From NCBI RefSeq assembly GCF_016026235.1, contig NZ_CP065613.1: a stretch of DNA of 64,000 nt, one strand, 5' to 3'. Source of the stretch: Escherichia coli (GTDB lineage: Bacteria > Pseudomonadota > Gammaproteobacteria > Enterobacterales > Enterobacteriaceae). This document shows positions 51,095-63,554 of the stretch, piece by piece (positions within the stretch are counted from its first letter, which is position 1; every line of letters starts with the position of its first letter). The position numbers were made by a program, and so were the translations under genes. The notes beneath the pieces were generated by a model, which had not been told where the DNA came from, did no database searches, and worked only from the letters and a program-made list of their open reading frames with translations.

Positions 51095-52070
51095 GATCGT
51101 CTCCTCCGTCGTGATGGTCGTTTTTGGTGTTGCGACGAACCAGCACGGTTAAGCCCGCCAGCACAGCCAGTGGTAGCATCATGCCTTTATACAGGGTGTG
51201 TTGAATATTTTCGGAACGCGCACCGGTAGAAAGATCGTCCAGTTTCGGCAGGTCGAGATTTTCATAAGGCACACCCGTCAGTACCAGAACCTGAGTACCG
51301 CCGCCCTCTTTCTCGCCGTACAGATGCGGATAATATTTCGGCACCGTATGCAGGTAAGTGTCGCCAGATTTCAGCGTCTGACGCGGATAGTGGTATTCGC
51401 TGCCAGGCTTCAGCGCCAGACGTTTTTTCGCCTCCGCCATCAGCTCTTCACGCGTACCAAAAATCACCGCGCCCGCCGGGCACACTTCTACGCAGCCAGG
51501 CAGACCGCCTTTATCGAGACGTTCCACACCTTTCTGGTTGCACAGCTCGCACTTATGTAGCGCACCAAACGGGTTGTTGTAGTCGTACTTCGGCACGTTG
51601 TACGGACAGGCGACCATGCAGTAACGGCAACCGGTGCACACGTCTTTGTCGTAATGGACAATGCCGGTTTTCGGATCTTTTTTCAGCGCAGAGACTGGGC
51701 ACACAGAGACACAGTTCGGATCGACGCAGTGCATACACTGTTTCTTAATGTACGCGTAGCCATTCTCCTCCTGGTCTTTGTTGACCCCTGTGCCGCTGGT
51801 CCACACCTGAATGATGTTATTGGTATACGGCGACAGTTTGTCGTTGTTCGACCAGGTCTGTTCCCCTTGCGGGTTACGTTCAGGGAAGTTGATATCCTGA
51901 CACTTGGTGACGCAAGCCTGGCAGCCTACGCACAAGGTCGAGTCGTACAACATCCCCAGCGATCCCGGAATTGGCGGGCGGTTTTCAGCAGCCGCATGAC
52001 TGACAGACGGCAGCGCGCCCGTCAGCAATGCCCCGCAGGAGGCTGCTTTAATAAAATTACGTCTGTTCAC
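51084..52070 (-). CDS. hybA: hydrogenase-2 iron-sulfur ferredoxin-type subunit
   Basis: Twin-arginine signal [11 protein letters not shown] and multiple CxxCxxCxxxCP ferredoxin clusters. Confidence 0.9.
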
Positions 52071-52072
52071 GG

Positions 52073-53191
52073 TTATTCTCCCCGTGAGTCAGCTTTATCT
52101 TTCTTTTGCTGACGACCCAGTTCACGCACCGCCATCACGCTGACACCGGCAACCAGCCCAACCACACCGCCGAGCAAACCAATAGCGCCTGCAGAGACGT
52201 TGCCGCCCTCTTTAGCGTTAACATCCGGTTTCTGTGAACGCGGAGTCTGATTTTCGACGTTGGCAAGCTGATGGATGCCTTTATGGAAGCCGATACCTTC
52301 TTCGTTACAGCCATAGCACGGGTGACCAATTGCCACCGGCCACACGCCGCCAACGTCGCAGAATTGCAGCGTTGAGCAGTTGCCGTAAGTTTCTGGCCCT
52401 TTACAGCCGAGGTGGTACAAGCACCAGCCTTCGCGGTGGCCTTCATCACCGAACTCTTTGGCAAAACGACCAGCATCGAAGTGCGGGCGACGTTCGCAGT
52501 GTTCGTGAATCAGACGGCCATAGGCGAAGGTCGGACGGTTTTTGTCATCCAGTTTCGGCGGTTTGCCGTAAGTGATGATGTGCGCAACGGTCGCGAGGAA
52601 GTTGTGCGGGTTCGGCGGGCAGCCCGGAATGTTGATAACGGTTTTGCCTGGCAGAACTTCTTGCAGGCTGACTGCGCCAGTTGGGTTAACTCCAGCTGCG
52701 GCAACACCGCCCCACGCAGAGCAGGAACCGATAGCGATAATGGCTGCTGCGCCTTCCGCCGCTTTGCGGATGTGATCCACAATCGGCTCACCGGCAACCA
52801 TGCAATAAATACCGTTATCTTTTAATGGGATGGAACCATCCACCACTAACACATACTGCCCTTTGTACTTCTCGAGAGCGTTATGTTTGTTCTCTTCGAC
52901 CTGATGACCGAAGGCGGCGGAAAGCACTTCGTGATACTCCAGAGAGATAGTCTCCAGCACGAGGTTTTCTACCGTTGGATGCGTTGCACGAAGCAGAGAT
53001 TCCGTACAACCGGTGCACTCCTGCGCGCCAATCCAGATAACTGGCGGACGCTGCGGGTTAGTAACCGATTCGGCCATCTCAGCAGCGGCTTTGCTACTTA
53101 ACCCCATGGTGGCGGCTAATGCTGCACAAAGCTTCATGAAATCACGACGGTTAATGCCGTGAGAATGGATGAGGGTGTTATCTCCAGTCAT
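52073..53191 (-). CDS. hybO: [NiFe] hydrogenase-2 small subunit
   Basis: Twin-arginine signal [15 protein letters not shown]; 372 aa. Confidence 0.9.
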   Translation of the reverse strand: MTGDNTLIHSHGINRRDFMKLCAALAATMGLSSKAAAEMAESVTNPQRPPVIWIGAQECTGCTESLLRATHPTVENLVLETISLEYHEVLSAAFGHQVEENKHNALEKYKGQYVLVVDGSIPLKDNGIYCMVAGEPIVDHIRKAAEGAAAIIAIGSCSAWGGVAAAGVNPTGAVSLQEVLPGKTVINIPGCPPNPHNFLATVAHIITYGKPPKLDDKNRPTFAYGRLIHEHCERRPHFDAGRFAKEFGDEGHREGWCLYHLGCKGPETYGNCSTLQFCDVGGVWPVAIGHPCYGCNEEGIGFHKGIHQLANVENQTPRSQKPDVNAKEGGNVSAGAIGLLGGVVGLVAGVSVMAVRELGRQQKKDKADSRGE

Positions 53192-53379
53192 TTATAGTTA
53201 TTCCGTTGCGAAGACCTGGCATATATTTTGCCTCAATCGCAAAATCAATAATGCGATCGATGCGCCATTTACCACACATTTATTATGGTTATCGATATCA
53301 TGATACTGCGGCGGGGCGCTAAAACGAAGGGAAGAAGCATTAGTGTAATTAATTAAAGCAAGATAATACGTATGTTTGA

Positions 53380-53667
53380 TCAATTTTCGAGGCGATAACC
53401 GGCCATAAAAAAGCGCAACGTAGAACAGGAATTATTCTCACGAAAGAAATCCATTACCATCTCTTTATCCAGTCCATAGCGGCGCGTCAGAATACCCGCT
53501 TCCCAGGCGCTAAGCTGGCGATCTCCGGTCTTTTCGTACATCCGGTGTGAGTAGCCTAATACAAAACCGCGTTTATAATCGGCACAGAATTTTGTCACAT
53601 TAACCGCACTGTCGGCATGCGTTGCTTTTAATCCCGCCATTAAGCCTTTACCAAAATGGTTATTCAT
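53380..53667 (-). CDS. yghW: small uncharacterised protein YghW
   Basis: 95-aa ORF upstream of the hyb operon. Confidence 0.65.
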
Positions 53668-53785
53668 CGTTCACCTCATTCGCTATATATCGTCATATAT
53701 AGCGATATTTTAGGCAAAGAACGACTTTTGCGCACGCTATTTTTTCATGCTTGTTTAAGACGTAATCCCGTAAGAGATAAACCTA

Positions 53786-54673
53786 TCAGGAGAGATATTT
53801 ATCGAACCATTTCAGTGTCCTTTGCCAGGCAAGATCGGCGGCAGATTTGTCATAACGGGGCGTGGAATCATTATGGAATCCGTGATTAACCCCCGGATAG
53901 ATATACGCCTCATAAACCTTATTATTGGCTTTCAACGCCGCCTCGTAAGCAGGCCAGCCCTCGTTGATTCGGGTGTCCAGTTCCGCGAAGTGGAGTAGTA
54001 AAGGCGCTTCAATCTTCGCCACATCGGCAGTGGGTGCCTGGCGACCATAAAACGGCACCGCGCAGGCCAGTTCCGGATACGCGACAGCCGCCGCGTTCGA
54101 TACGCCACCGCCATAGCAAAATCCGGTAATACCCACTTTGCCTGTCGCTTGCGGATAGCGTTGCATAAACTCAATTGCGGCAAAGAAATCATTCATCAGT
54201 TTGGTTGGATCAACCTGCTGTTGCAGCTCACGACCTTTATCATCATTTCCCGGATAACCTCCAACGGAACTTAAGCCGTCAGGTGCCAGGGCGATATACC
54301 CCGCCTTCGCCACTCGCCGTGCCACATCTTCGATATACGGATTCAGTCCACGATTCTCATGCACCACCACCACGGCTGGCGTTTTGCCGCTCATTTTTGC
54401 GGGTTTCACCAGATAACCCCGTACCTCGCCGTGACCATTTGGCGAAGGATACGTGATGTACTCAGCAACAATCTCCGGGTCGGTAAACTCTACCTGAGTC
54501 GCCAGCGCATAATTTGGCTTGAGCAAATCAAACAACGCTAATGCCGTCATCCCGCCCACCGCATACTTCGCCGCAAGGTTGAGGAACTCACGTTTCGAGA
54601 TTTTCCCGTGAGCGTAATAGTCGTAGTAATCCAACAACTCTTGTGGGAAATCTTTGGCGGTTAAACGCGGCAT
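53786..54673 (-). CDS. yghX: dienelactone hydrolase-family protein, apparently intact
   Basis: GFCYGG nucleophile-elbow motif and an uninterrupted reading frame; start placed at MPRLTAKDF. Confidence 0.7.
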   Translation of the reverse strand: MPRLTAKDFPQELLDYYDYYAHGKISKREFLNLAAKYAVGGMTALALFDLLKPNYALATQVEFTDPEIVAEYITYPSPNGHGEVRGYLVKPAKMSGKTPAVVVVHENRGLNPYIEDVARRVAKAGYIALAPDGLSSVGGYPGNDDKGRELQQQVDPTKLMNDFFAAIEFMQRYPQATGKVGITGFCYGGGVSNAAAVAYPELACAVPFYGRQAPTADVAKIEAPLLLHFAELDTRINEGWPAYEAALKANNKVYEAYIYPGVNHGFHNDSTPRYDKSAADLAWQRTLKWFDKYLS

Positions 54674-54829
54674 CGTTGCACTCCTCAACTGGTGTTTTTT
54701 TAAGCAAAGCATAAGCACGTGTTTTCGCCCAGTTTTTCGTCACTCTGTGAGCCAGACTACGGGATACGCGCTGGCGAATCGCTAAACTAGAAACATTGTT
54801 TCGAAATTGAACGGTGGAAAGGAGAGGTC

Positions 54830-55870
54830 ATGGTCTGGTTAGCGAATCCCGAACGTTACGGGCAGATGCAATACCGCTATTGCGGAAAAAGCGGTTTACG
54901 CCTGCCCGCGTTATCGCTCGGTTTATGGCACAATTTCGGTCACATTAACGCGCTGAAATCACAGCGTGCGATCCTGCGTAAAGCGTTTGATTTGGGCATT
55001 ACGCACTTTGATTTAGCCAACAATTACGGGCCGCCTCCAGGAAGCGCAGAAGAGAACTTTGGTCGCCTGCTGCGGGAGGATTTTGCCGCTTATCGCGATG
55101 AACTGATTATCTCTACCAAGGCTGGCTACGATATGTGGCCCGGCCCTTACGGCTCTGGCGGTTCACGTAAATACCTGCTTGCCAGCCTCGACCAAAGCCT
55201 GAAGCGTATGGGGCTTGAGTATGTCGATATCTTTTACTCTCATCGCGTCGATGAAAATACGCCGATGGAAGAAACCGCCTCTGCGCTGGCTCATGCGGTA
55301 CAAAGCGGTAAGGCGCTGTATGTCGGGATCTCCTCTTACTCGCCAGAGCGGACGCAAAAAATGGTCGAGTTGCTGCACGAGTGGAAAATTCCGCTGTTAA
55401 TTCATCAACCTTCGTACAATTTACTAAACCGCTGGGTGGATAAAAGCGGCCTGCTGGATACCCTGCAAAATAACGGCGTGGGCTGCATTGCCTTTACTCC
55501 TCTGGCTCAGGGATTGCTGACCGGAAAATATCTCAACGGCATTCCTGAAGATTCACGGATGCATCGTGAAGGGAATAAAGTTCGTGGCCTGACGCCGAAA
55601 ATGCTCACCGAAGCCAACCTCAACAGCCTGCGCTTATTGAATAAAATGGCACAGCAGCGTGGACAATCAATGGCGCAAATGGCGTTAAGCTGGTTGCTGA
55701 AAGATGATCGCGTGACGTCGGTATTGATTGGTGCCAGCCGCGCGGAGCAACTTGAGGAGAACGTGCAGGCGCTGAATAATCTGACATTTAGCACCGAGGA
55801 GCTGGCGCAGATTGATCAGCATATCGCCGATGGCGAGCTGAATCTGTGGCAGGCGTCTTCCGATAAATGA
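54830..55870 (+). CDS. yghZ: aldo-keto reductase (L-glyceraldehyde 3-phosphate reductase)
   Basis: 346-aa AKR-family protein. Confidence 0.85.
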   Translation: MVWLANPERYGQMQYRYCGKSGLRLPALSLGLWHNFGHINALKSQRAILRKAFDLGITHFDLANNYGPPPGSAEENFGRLLREDFAAYRDELIISTKAGYDMWPGPYGSGGSRKYLLASLDQSLKRMGLEYVDIFYSHRVDENTPMEETASALAHAVQSGKALYVGISSYSPERTQKMVELLHEWKIPLLIHQPSYNLLNRWVDKSGLLDTLQNNGVGCIAFTPLAQGLLTGKYLNGIPEDSRMHREGNKVRGLTPKMLTEANLNSLRLLNKMAQQRGQSMAQMALSWLLKDDRVTSVLIGASRAEQLEENVQALNNLTFSTEELAQIDQHIADGELNLWQASSDK

Positions 55871-55909
55871 CCTGTTAATTACGGGCGCGAGAACCGCGCC
55901 CGAATCAGA

Positions 55910-56473
<564 letters not shown>

Positions 56474-56594
56474 TCAACATATCCGTTAAACCTTTGTCGC
56501 ATAATTCTGAGGTTTAGGGATCTTCCTGGTTCCCTTATCAACGCATCGAGAGCGTCTACCCTTAAAGGACGTTGAACCTGAAGGGAGAAAAACG

Positions 56595-57479
56595 ATGTCT
56601 CATTTAAAAGACCCGACCACGCAGTATTACACTGGTGAATATCCCAAACAGAAACAACCGACGCCAGGCATCCAGGCGAAGATGACACCGGTACCGGATT
56701 GCGGCGAGAAAACCTATGTTGGTAGCGGTCGCCTGAAAGATCGTAAAGCACTGGTGACAGGGGGCGATTCCGGAATAGGTCGCGCTGCCGCCATCGCTTA
56801 CGCGCGTGAAGGGGCTGACGTGGCGATCAGTTATCTTCCCGTGGAAGAAGAAGACGCTCAGGATGTGAAAAAGATCATTGAAGAATGCGGTCGCAAAGCC
56901 GTTCTGCTGCCAGGCGATTTAAGCGATGAGAAGTTTGCCCGTTCGTTGGTTCACGAAGCGCATAAGGCGTTAGGCGGGCTGGATATTATGGCGCTGGTCG
57001 CCGGGAAACAGGTTGCCATTCCTGATATTGCAGACCTCACCAGCGAACAGTTTCAAAAGACCTTTGCCATTAACGTTTTCGCGCTGTTCTGGCTAACCCA
57101 GGAAGCGATCCCCCTGCTACCGAAAGGTGCAAGTATCATCACCACTTCGTCAATCCAGGCATACCAGCCAAGTCCGCATTTACTGGACTATGCGGCTACG
57201 AAGGCGGCGATTCTGAACTACAGCCGTGGCCTGGCAAAACAGGTCGCGGAGAAAGGTATTCGGGTGAATATTGTCGCGCCAGGCCCTATCTGGACGGCAC
57301 TACAAATTTCCGGCGGACAAACGCAGGATAAGATCCCGCAGTTTGGTCAGAAAACGCCGATGAAGCGTGCGGGGCAACCGGCGGAACTGGCCCCAGTATA
57401 TGTTTATCTGGCAAGTCAGGAGTCGAGCTACGTCACCGCAGAAGTGCACGGTGTGTGCGGCGGCGAGCATTTAGGTTAA
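56595..57479 (+). CDS. yghA: short-chain dehydrogenase/reductase
   Basis: Glycine-rich cofactor motif [12 protein letters not shown]; 294 aa. Confidence 0.85.
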   Translation: MSHLKDPTTQYYTGEYPKQKQPTPGIQAKMTPVPDCGEKTYVGSGRLKDRKALVTGGDSGIGRAAAIAYAREGADVAISYLPVEEEDAQDVKKIIEECGRKAVLLPGDLSDEKFARSLVHEAHKALGGLDIMALVAGKQVAIPDIADLTSEQFQKTFAINVFALFWLTQEAIPLLPKGASIITTSSIQAYQPSPHLLDYAATKAAILNYSRGLAKQVAEKGIRVNIVAPGPIWTALQISGGQTQDKIPQFGQKTPMKRAGQPAELAPVYVYLASQESSYVTAEVHGVCGGEHLG

Positions 57480-57484
57480 AAAAT

Positions 57485-57510
57485 GCCCGGTTGTGAAAAG
57501 CAACCGGGCA
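57485..57510 (+). terminator. candidate terminator hairpin after yghA
   Basis: gcccggttg / tgaaaag / caaccgggc; weak T tract. Confidence 0.35.
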
Positions 57511-57534
57511 TCATTGTGAATTCACTCTTACCTG

Positions 57535-57745
57535 ATGTGGCGAAAACGCCTTATCCGCCTACAAACGCATGAAGATTCAACATGTTGCAATAGATTTTGT
57601 AGGCCTGATAAGCGTAGCGCATCAGGCATTGAGCACCTAATGCCGGATGCGGCGTGAACGCCTTATCCGGCCTACAAACGCACGAAGATTCAACATGTTG
57701 CAATAGATTTTGTAGGCCTGATGAGCGTAACGCATCAGGCAATTC
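57535..57745. repeat. REP/BIME array with two copies of an 85-bp composite unit
   Basis: cgccttatccggcctacaaacgca.gaagattcaacatgttgcaatagattttgtaggcctgat.agcgta.cgcatcaggc occurs twice, flanking a canonical REP (tgccggatgcggcgtgaacgccttatccggcctac). Confidence 0.85.
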
Positions 57746-57749
57746 TACT

Positions 57750-58175
57750 TTACTTCGCTTTGGCGGTTTCTTCGCCGACCAGACCTATCTTCAGGTAACC
57801 CGCCTGATGCAGCGTATCCATTACCTTCATCAACGTCTCGTAATCGACGGTTTTGTCCGCTCGGAAGAAGATGGTGGTGTCTTTCTTACCTTCGGTTAAC
57901 GCATTCAACGCCGTAATCATTGTTTCATCGGTGACCGGATCGTTACCGATAAACATCGAGTTGTCTGCCTTCACCGACAGATAAACCGGTTTTTCCGGGC
58001 GCGGCTGCGGCGTGCTGGTAGAAGCAGGTAAGTTCACCTTCACATCTACCGTCGCTAACGGTGCCGCCACCATAAAGATAATCAGCAGAACCAACATCAC
58101 GTCGATAAACGGCGTCACGTTGATATCATGCATTTCGCCGTTATCATCGAGGTTTTCGTTAAGATGCATTGCCAT
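57750..58175 (-). CDS. exbD: TonB-system biopolymer transport protein ExbD
   Basis: 141 aa matching recalled ExbD. Confidence 0.9.
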   Translation of the reverse strand: MAMHLNENLDDNGEMHDINVTPFIDVMLVLLIIFMVAAPLATVDVKVNLPASTSTPQPRPEKPVYLSVKADNSMFIGNDPVTDETMITALNALTEGKKDTTIFFRADKTVDYETLMKVMDTLHQAGYLKIGLVGEETAKAK

Positions 58176-58181
58176 CGGACA

Positions 58182-58916
58182 TTATCCTGCACGTAATTTT
58201 TGTGCGACACGAACCGGATGCGCAGCGGCGCTGGCTTCCAGATCCAGGTCACGGCTTTGCAGCAACAATACCTGCGCTGCGACATCACCCAGCATCGCTT
58301 TAAAGCCGCCAATCTGACGCGCGAATACGTTATAGATAACGACCGCCGGAATCGCTGCCACCAGACCGATTGCCGTTGCTAACAGAGCTTCTGCGATACC
58401 CGGCGCAACGACTGCCAGGTTAGTGGTCTGCGTTTGCGCGATACCAATAAAGCTGTTCATGATGCCCCAGACCGTACCAAACAGACCAACGAACGGCGAA
58501 ATCGCGCCGATGGTTGCCAGATAGCCGTTACCGCGGCCCATTTGACGACCTACTGCGGCGACCCGACGCTCCAGACGGAAGCTGGTACGTTCTTTAATAC
58601 CTTCGTTATCGTCGCTGCCTTCTGACAGTTCCAGCTCATTCTGCGCTTCATTGAGCAAATGCAGGCTTAAGCTTTTGCTACCAAAATCAGCGGCGATATC
58701 GTTGGCCTGGTTTAAGGAACGCGCTTCAGCCAGCAGTTGCTGCTCGCGCTTAAGGCGACGCTTCTGATTGAAGAACTCTACGCTCTTACTGAAGAAGATT
58801 GCCCAGGTGACTACGGAGGCCAAAATAAGCCCAATCATCACGCACTTAACGACAATATCGGCGTGCTGATACATACCCCAGACGGAAAGGTCCGTCTGCA
58901 TTAAATTATTACCCAC
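58182..58916 (-). CDS. exbB: TonB-system biopolymer transport protein ExbB
   Basis: 244 aa (MGNNLMQTDLSVWGMYQHADIVVKCVMIGL). Confidence 0.9.
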   Translation of the reverse strand: MGNNLMQTDLSVWGMYQHADIVVKCVMIGLILASVVTWAIFFSKSVEFFNQKRRLKREQQLLAEARSLNQANDIAADFGSKSLSLHLLNEAQNELELSEGSDDNEGIKERTSFRLERRVAAVGRQMGRGNGYLATIGAISPFVGLFGTVWGIMNSFIGIAQTQTTNLAVVAPGIAEALLATAIGLVAAIPAVVIYNVFARQIGGFKAMLGDVAAQVLLLQSRDLDLEASAAAHPVRVAQKLRAG

Positions 58917-58949
58917 TGTGTATCTCCAGGACGCAAGTCACAAAATCTG

Positions 58950-58998
58950 CGCATAATAATATCAAAACGACGTCGAATTGATAGTCGTTCTCATTACT
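58950..58998 (-). promoter_or_regulatory. candidate Fur-box-like AT-rich operator upstream of exbB
   Basis: gcataataatatcaaaac...gaattgatagtcgttctcattac partially resembles the GATAATGATAATCATTATC consensus. Confidence 0.25.
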
Positions 58999-59133
58999 AT
59001 TTGCATACTGCCGTACCTTTGCTTTCTTTTCCTTGCGTTTACGCAGTAAAAAAGTCACCAGCACGCCATTTGCGAAAATTTTCTGCTTTATGCCAATTCT
59101 TCAGGATGCGCCCGCGAATATTCATGCTAGTTT

Positions 59134-59149
59134 AGACATCCAGACGTAT
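59134..59149 (+). promoter_or_regulatory. two tandem MetJ met-box-like octamers upstream of metC
   Basis: agacatcc + agacgtat, adjacent 8-mers close to the AGACGTCT consensus, about 20 bp upstream of the metC ATG. Confidence 0.45.
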
Positions 59150-59167
59150 AAAAACAGGAATCCCGAC

Positions 59168-60355
59168 ATGGCGGACAAAAAGCTTGATACTCAACTGGTG
59201 AATGCAGGACGCAGCAAAAAATACACTCTCGGCGCGGTAAATAGCGTGATTCAGCGCGCTTCTTCGCTGGTATTTGAGAGTATGGAAGCCAAAAAGCACG
59301 CGACGCGCAATCGCGCCAATGGCGAGTTGTTCTATGGACGGCGCGGAACGTTAACCCATTTTTCCTTACAACAAGCGATGTGTGAACTGGAAGGTGGCGC
59401 AGGCTGCGCGCTATTTCCCTGCGGGGCGGCAGCGGTTGCTAATTCGATTCTTGCTTTTGTCGAACAGGGCGATCATGTGTTGATGACCAACACCGCCTAT
59501 GAACCGAGTCAGGATTTCTGTAGCAAAATCCTCAGCAAACTGGGCGTAACGACATCGTGGTTTGATCCGCTGATTGGTGCCGATATCGTTAAGCATCTGC
59601 AGCCAAACACTAAAATCGTGTTTCTGGAATCGCCGGGTTCCATCACTATGGAAGTCCACGACGTTCCGGCGATTGTTGCCGCCGTGCGCAGTGTGGTGCC
59701 GGATGCCATCATTATGATCGACAACACCTGGGCAGCCGGTGTGCTGTTTAAGGCGCTGGATTTTGGCATCGATGTTTCTATTCAAGCCGCCACCAAATAT
59801 CTGGTTGGGCATTCAGATGCGATGATTGGCACTGCCGTGTGCAATGCCCGTTGCTGGGAGCAGCTACGGGAAAATGCCTATCTGATGGGCCAGATGGTCG
59901 ATGCCGATACCGCCTATATAACCAGCCGTGGCCTGCGCACATTAGGTGTGCGTTTGCGTCAACATCATGAAAGCAGTCTGAAAGTGGCTGAATGGCTGGC
60001 AGAACATCCGCAAGTTGCGCGAGTTAACCACCCTGCTCTGCCTGGCAGTAAAGGACACGAATTCTGGAAACGAGACTTTACAGGCAGCAGCGGGCTATTT
60101 TCCTTTGTGCTTAAGAAAAAACTCAATGATGAAGAGCTGGCGAACTATCTGGATAACTTCAGTTTATTCAGCATGGCCTACTCGTGGGGCGGGTATGAAT
60201 CGTTGATCCTGGCAAATCAACCAGAACATATCGCCGCCATTCGCCCACAAGGCGAGATCGATTTTAGCGGGACCTTGATTCGCCTGCATATTGGTCTGGA
60301 AGATGTCGACGATCTGATTGCCGATCTGGACGCCGGTTTTGCGCGGATTGTATAA
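59168..60355 (+). CDS. metC: cystathionine beta-lyase
   Basis: Start at [20 protein letters not shown] (395 aa); the track ORF has a 45-codon upstream extension. Confidence 0.9.
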   Translation: MADKKLDTQLVNAGRSKKYTLGAVNSVIQRASSLVFESMEAKKHATRNRANGELFYGRRGTLTHFSLQQAMCELEGGAGCALFPCGAAAVANSILAFVEQGDHVLMTNTAYEPSQDFCSKILSKLGVTTSWFDPLIGADIVKHLQPNTKIVFLESPGSITMEVHDVPAIVAAVRSVVPDAIIMIDNTWAAGVLFKALDFGIDVSIQAATKYLVGHSDAMIGTAVCNARCWEQLRENAYLMGQMVDADTAYITSRGLRTLGVRLRQHHESSLKVAEWLAEHPQVARVNHPALPGSKGHEFWKRDFTGSSGLFSFVLKKKLNDEELANYLDNFSLFSMAYSWGGYESLILANQPEHIAAIRPQGEIDFSGTLIRLHIGLEDVDDLIADLDAGFARIV

Positions 60356-60494
60356 CATTGCCACTTTTGGACAATTTTGCAGACATTTTATTGTGAAAAG
60401 TCTTAAATTGTTGCGTCCGGGATCAAGGCGTCCCGGACGATTCAGGAGTACAATAGGCAGATAAAGGCTTAAACGCTGTTCCACAGGAAAGTCC

Positions 60495-61154
60495 ATGGCT
60501 GTTATTCAAGATATCATCGCTGCGCTCTGGCAACACGACTTTGCCGCGCTGGCGGATCCTCATATTGTTAGCGTTGTTTACTTTGTCATGTTTGCCACGC
60601 TGTTTTTAGAAAACGGCCTGCTGCCCGCCTCATTTTTGCCAGGCGACAGCTTGTTGATACTGGCAGGCGCATTGATTGCCCAGGGGGTTATGGATTTTCT
60701 GCCTACGATTGCGATTCTGACCGCCGCAGCAAGTCTGGGCTGCTGGCTAAGTTATATTCAGGGGCGCTGGTTAGGGAATACCAAAACGGTGAAAGGCTGG
60801 CTGGCACAGCTTCCTGCTAAATATCATCAGCGCGCCACCTGCATGTTTGACCGCCACGGTCTGCTGGCGCTGCTGGCTGGACGTTTTCTTGCATTTGTCC
60901 GTACGCTGCTGCCAACCATGGCGGGAATTTCCGGTCTGCCAAACCGCCGTTTCCAGTTTTTCAACTGGTTAAGCGGATTGCTGTGGGTCAGCGTGGTAAC
61001 CAGTTTCGGCTATGCCTTAAGTATGATTCCGTTCGTTAAACGCCATGAAGATCAGGTAATGACGTTCCTGATGATCCTGCCAATTGCCTTGTTAACCGCT
61101 GGCTTGTTAGGCACGCTGTTTGTGGTGATTAAAAAAAAATACTGTAACGCCTGA
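60495..61154 (+). CDS. yghB: DedA-family inner membrane protein
   Basis: 219-aa polytopic protein. Confidence 0.85.
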
Positions 61155-61193
61155 CGATTTTCCCCGTTCCCGGCTGCTGTACCGGGAACGTAT

Positions 61194-62150
61194 TTAATTC
61201 CCCTGCATCGCCCGCATTCTTGCCGCATCTTCCCCCGGCGTCACACCGAAGTAACGTTTAAACTCACGGCTAAATTGCGATGCGCTTTCATAGCCGACGC
61301 GCATCGCTGCTGCGCTGGCCTTCATGCCGTCATGGATGATCATCATCCGCGCCTTATGCAGACGGTAATTCTTCAAATACTGCAACGGCGAGGTGCTGGT
61401 GACAGACTTAAAATTATGGTGGAACGCCGATACGCTCATATTGGCTTCTGCCGCCAGTTGCTCGACGCTCAGGTTTTCGGTGTATTTATTCTCAATCCGT
61501 TTCAGCACGCGGCTAATCAGACTGAAGTGAGTCTGGCGACTGACCAGCGCCAGTAACGCGCCGCCGCAAGGTCCGGTCAGCACGTAGTACAGAATTTCGC
61601 GGATGATCTGTTTGCCGAGAATACGCGCATCCAGTGGTCGCTCCATCACGTCGAGTAACCGCTCCGCCGCGCATAAAATCTCTTCTGATAACGTGGCGGA
61701 GTTAATCCCGCTGGCTGCCATCGACGGCTGGAAATGCTCATCTTCGCCAATGTCCATCAACAGTTCCTGTAACTGCAAAATATCGACATTGAGACGCAAC
61801 CCTGCCAGCGGCACCTCTGACGTGGCATAGGTTTCGCACTCAAACGGCAACGGCACCGTCAGCAGCAGGTATTCATTGGCATCATAACGAAACACGCGTT
61901 CATTGATATAACCGATTTTATGTCCGGAAAAGAGAATTATGATGCCAGGCTCGTACATCACCGGTGTACGTGCGAAAGGCGTCTCGCCATACAACAAACG
62001 CACATCGGGCAACAGTTCTGACAAACTATTTTCTTTATTTTTCAGTTTATTAACTTTATCCGCCAGCAAGCGGCAAATCTCTTCACGTTTCATATCGCGT
62101 AATTTCTTAGGAATAATGCGGCAATTTGATTGTGCGCAATTTTGTAGCAT
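61194..62150 (-). CDS. yqhC: AraC-family transcriptional regulator of yqhD-dkgA
   Basis: Start at [16 protein letters not shown] (318 aa); C-terminal AraC-type helix-turn-helix region. Confidence 0.85.
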   Translation of the reverse strand: MLQNCAQSNCRIIPKKLRDMKREEICRLLADKVNKLKNKENSLSELLPDVRLLYGETPFARTPVMYEPGIIILFSGHKIGYINERVFRYDANEYLLLTVPLPFECETYATSEVPLAGLRLNVDILQLQELLMDIGEDEHFQPSMAASGINSATLSEEILCAAERLLDVMERPLDARILGKQIIREILYYVLTGPCGGALLALVSRQTHFSLISRVLKRIENKYTENLSVEQLAAEANMSVSAFHHNFKSVTSTSPLQYLKNYRLHKARMMIIHDGMKASAAAMRVGYESASQFSREFKRYFGVTPGEDAARMRAMQGN

Positions 62151-62286
62151 TTCTCCAGCACTCTGGAGAAATAGGCAAGACATTGGCAGAAATGAGCATT
62201 GAGAGCCAGGGCGCTGGCGATCACAATGAAAAACATCAGGCGGATCGTTCTCTGCCCTCATATTGGCCCAGCAAAGGGAGCAAGTA
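62151..62286. promoter_or_regulatory. divergent yqhC / yqhD promoter region
   Basis: Short spacer between the two divergent starts. Confidence 0.4.
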
Positions 62287-63450
62287 ATGAACAACTTTAA
62301 TCTGCACACCCCAACCCGCATTCTGTTTGGTAAAGGCGCAATCGCTGGTTTACGCGAACAAATTCCTCACGATGCTCGCGTATTGATTACCTACGGCGGC
62401 GGCAGCGTGAAAAAAACCGGCGTTCTCGATCAAGTTCTGGATGCCCTGAAAGGCATGGACGTGCTGGAATTTGGCGGTATTGAGCCAAACCCGGCTTATG
62501 AAACGCTGATGAACGCCGTGAAACTGGTTCGCGAACAGAAAGTGACTTTCCTGCTGGCGGTTGGCGGCGGTTCTGTACTGGACGGCACCAAATTTATCGC
62601 CGCAGCGGCTAACTATCCGGAAAATATCGATCCGTGGCACATTCTGCAAACGGGCGGTAAAGAGATTAAAAGCGCCATCCCGATGGGCTGTGTGCTGACG
62701 CTGCCAGCAACCGGTTCAGAATCCAACGCCGGTGCGGTGATCTCCCGTAAAACCACAGGCGATAAGCAGGCGTTCCATTCTGCCCATGTTCAGCCGGTAT
62801 TTGCCGTGCTCGATCCGGTTTATACCTACACCCTGCCGCCGCGTCAGGTGGCTAACGGCGTAGTGGACGCCTTTGTACACACCGTGGAACAGTATGTTAC
62901 CAAACCGGTTGATGCCAAAATTCAGGACCGTTTCGCAGAAGGCATTTTGCTGACGCTGATCGAAGATGGTCCGAAAGCCCTGAAAGAGCCAGAAAACTAC
63001 GATGTGCGCGCCAACGTCATGTGGGCGGCGACTCAGGCGCTGAACGGTTTGATTGGCGCAGGCGTACCGCAGGACTGGGCAACGCATATGCTGGGCCACG
63101 AACTGACTGCGATGCACGGTCTGGATCACGCGCAAACACTGGCTATCGTCCTGCCTGCACTGTGGAATGAAAAACGCGATACCAAGCGCGCTAAGCTGCT
63201 GCAATATGCTGAACGCGTCTGGAACATCACTGAAGGTTCCGACGATGAGCGTATTGACGCCGCGATTGCCGCAACCCGCAATTTCTTTGAGCAATTAGGC
63301 GTGCCTACCCACCTCTCCGACTACGGTCTGGACGGCAGCTCCATCCCGGCTTTGCTGAAAAAACTGGAAGAGCACGGCATGACCCAACTGGGCGAAAATC
63401 ATGACATTACGCTGGATGTCAGCCGCCGTATATACGAAGCCGCCCGCTAA
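62287..63450 (+). CDS. yqhD: NADPH-dependent aldehyde reductase (iron-type alcohol dehydrogenase family)
   Basis: Start at [22 protein letters not shown] (387 aa). Confidence 0.9.
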   Translation: MNNFNLHTPTRILFGKGAIAGLREQIPHDARVLITYGGGSVKKTGVLDQVLDALKGMDVLEFGGIEPNPAYETLMNAVKLVREQKVTFLLAVGGGSVLDGTKFIAAAANYPENIDPWHILQTGGKEIKSAIPMGCVLTLPATGSESNAGAVISRKTTGDKQAFHSAHVQPVFAVLDPVYTYTLPPRQVANGVVDAFVHTVEQYVTKPVDAKIQDRFAEGILLTLIEDGPKALKEPENYDVRANVMWAATQALNGLIGAGVPQDWATHMLGHELTAMHGLDHAQTLAIVLPALWNEKRDTKRAKLLQYAERVWNITEGSDDERIDAAIAATRNFFEQLGVPTHLSDYGLDGSSIPALLKKLEEHGMTQLGENHDITLDVSRRIYEAAR

Positions 63451-63554
63451 GCTTTTTACGCCTCAAACTTTCGTTTTCGGGCATTTCGTCCAGACTTAAG
63501 TTCACAACACCTCACCGGAGCCTGCTCCGGTGAGTTCATATAAAGGAGGAACGT

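Noticed and set aside
53198-53383. 61-aa ORF between hybO and yghW
   Set aside because: Short, no start context or motif, and it overlaps the yghW stop; most likely noise in the hyb promoter region.
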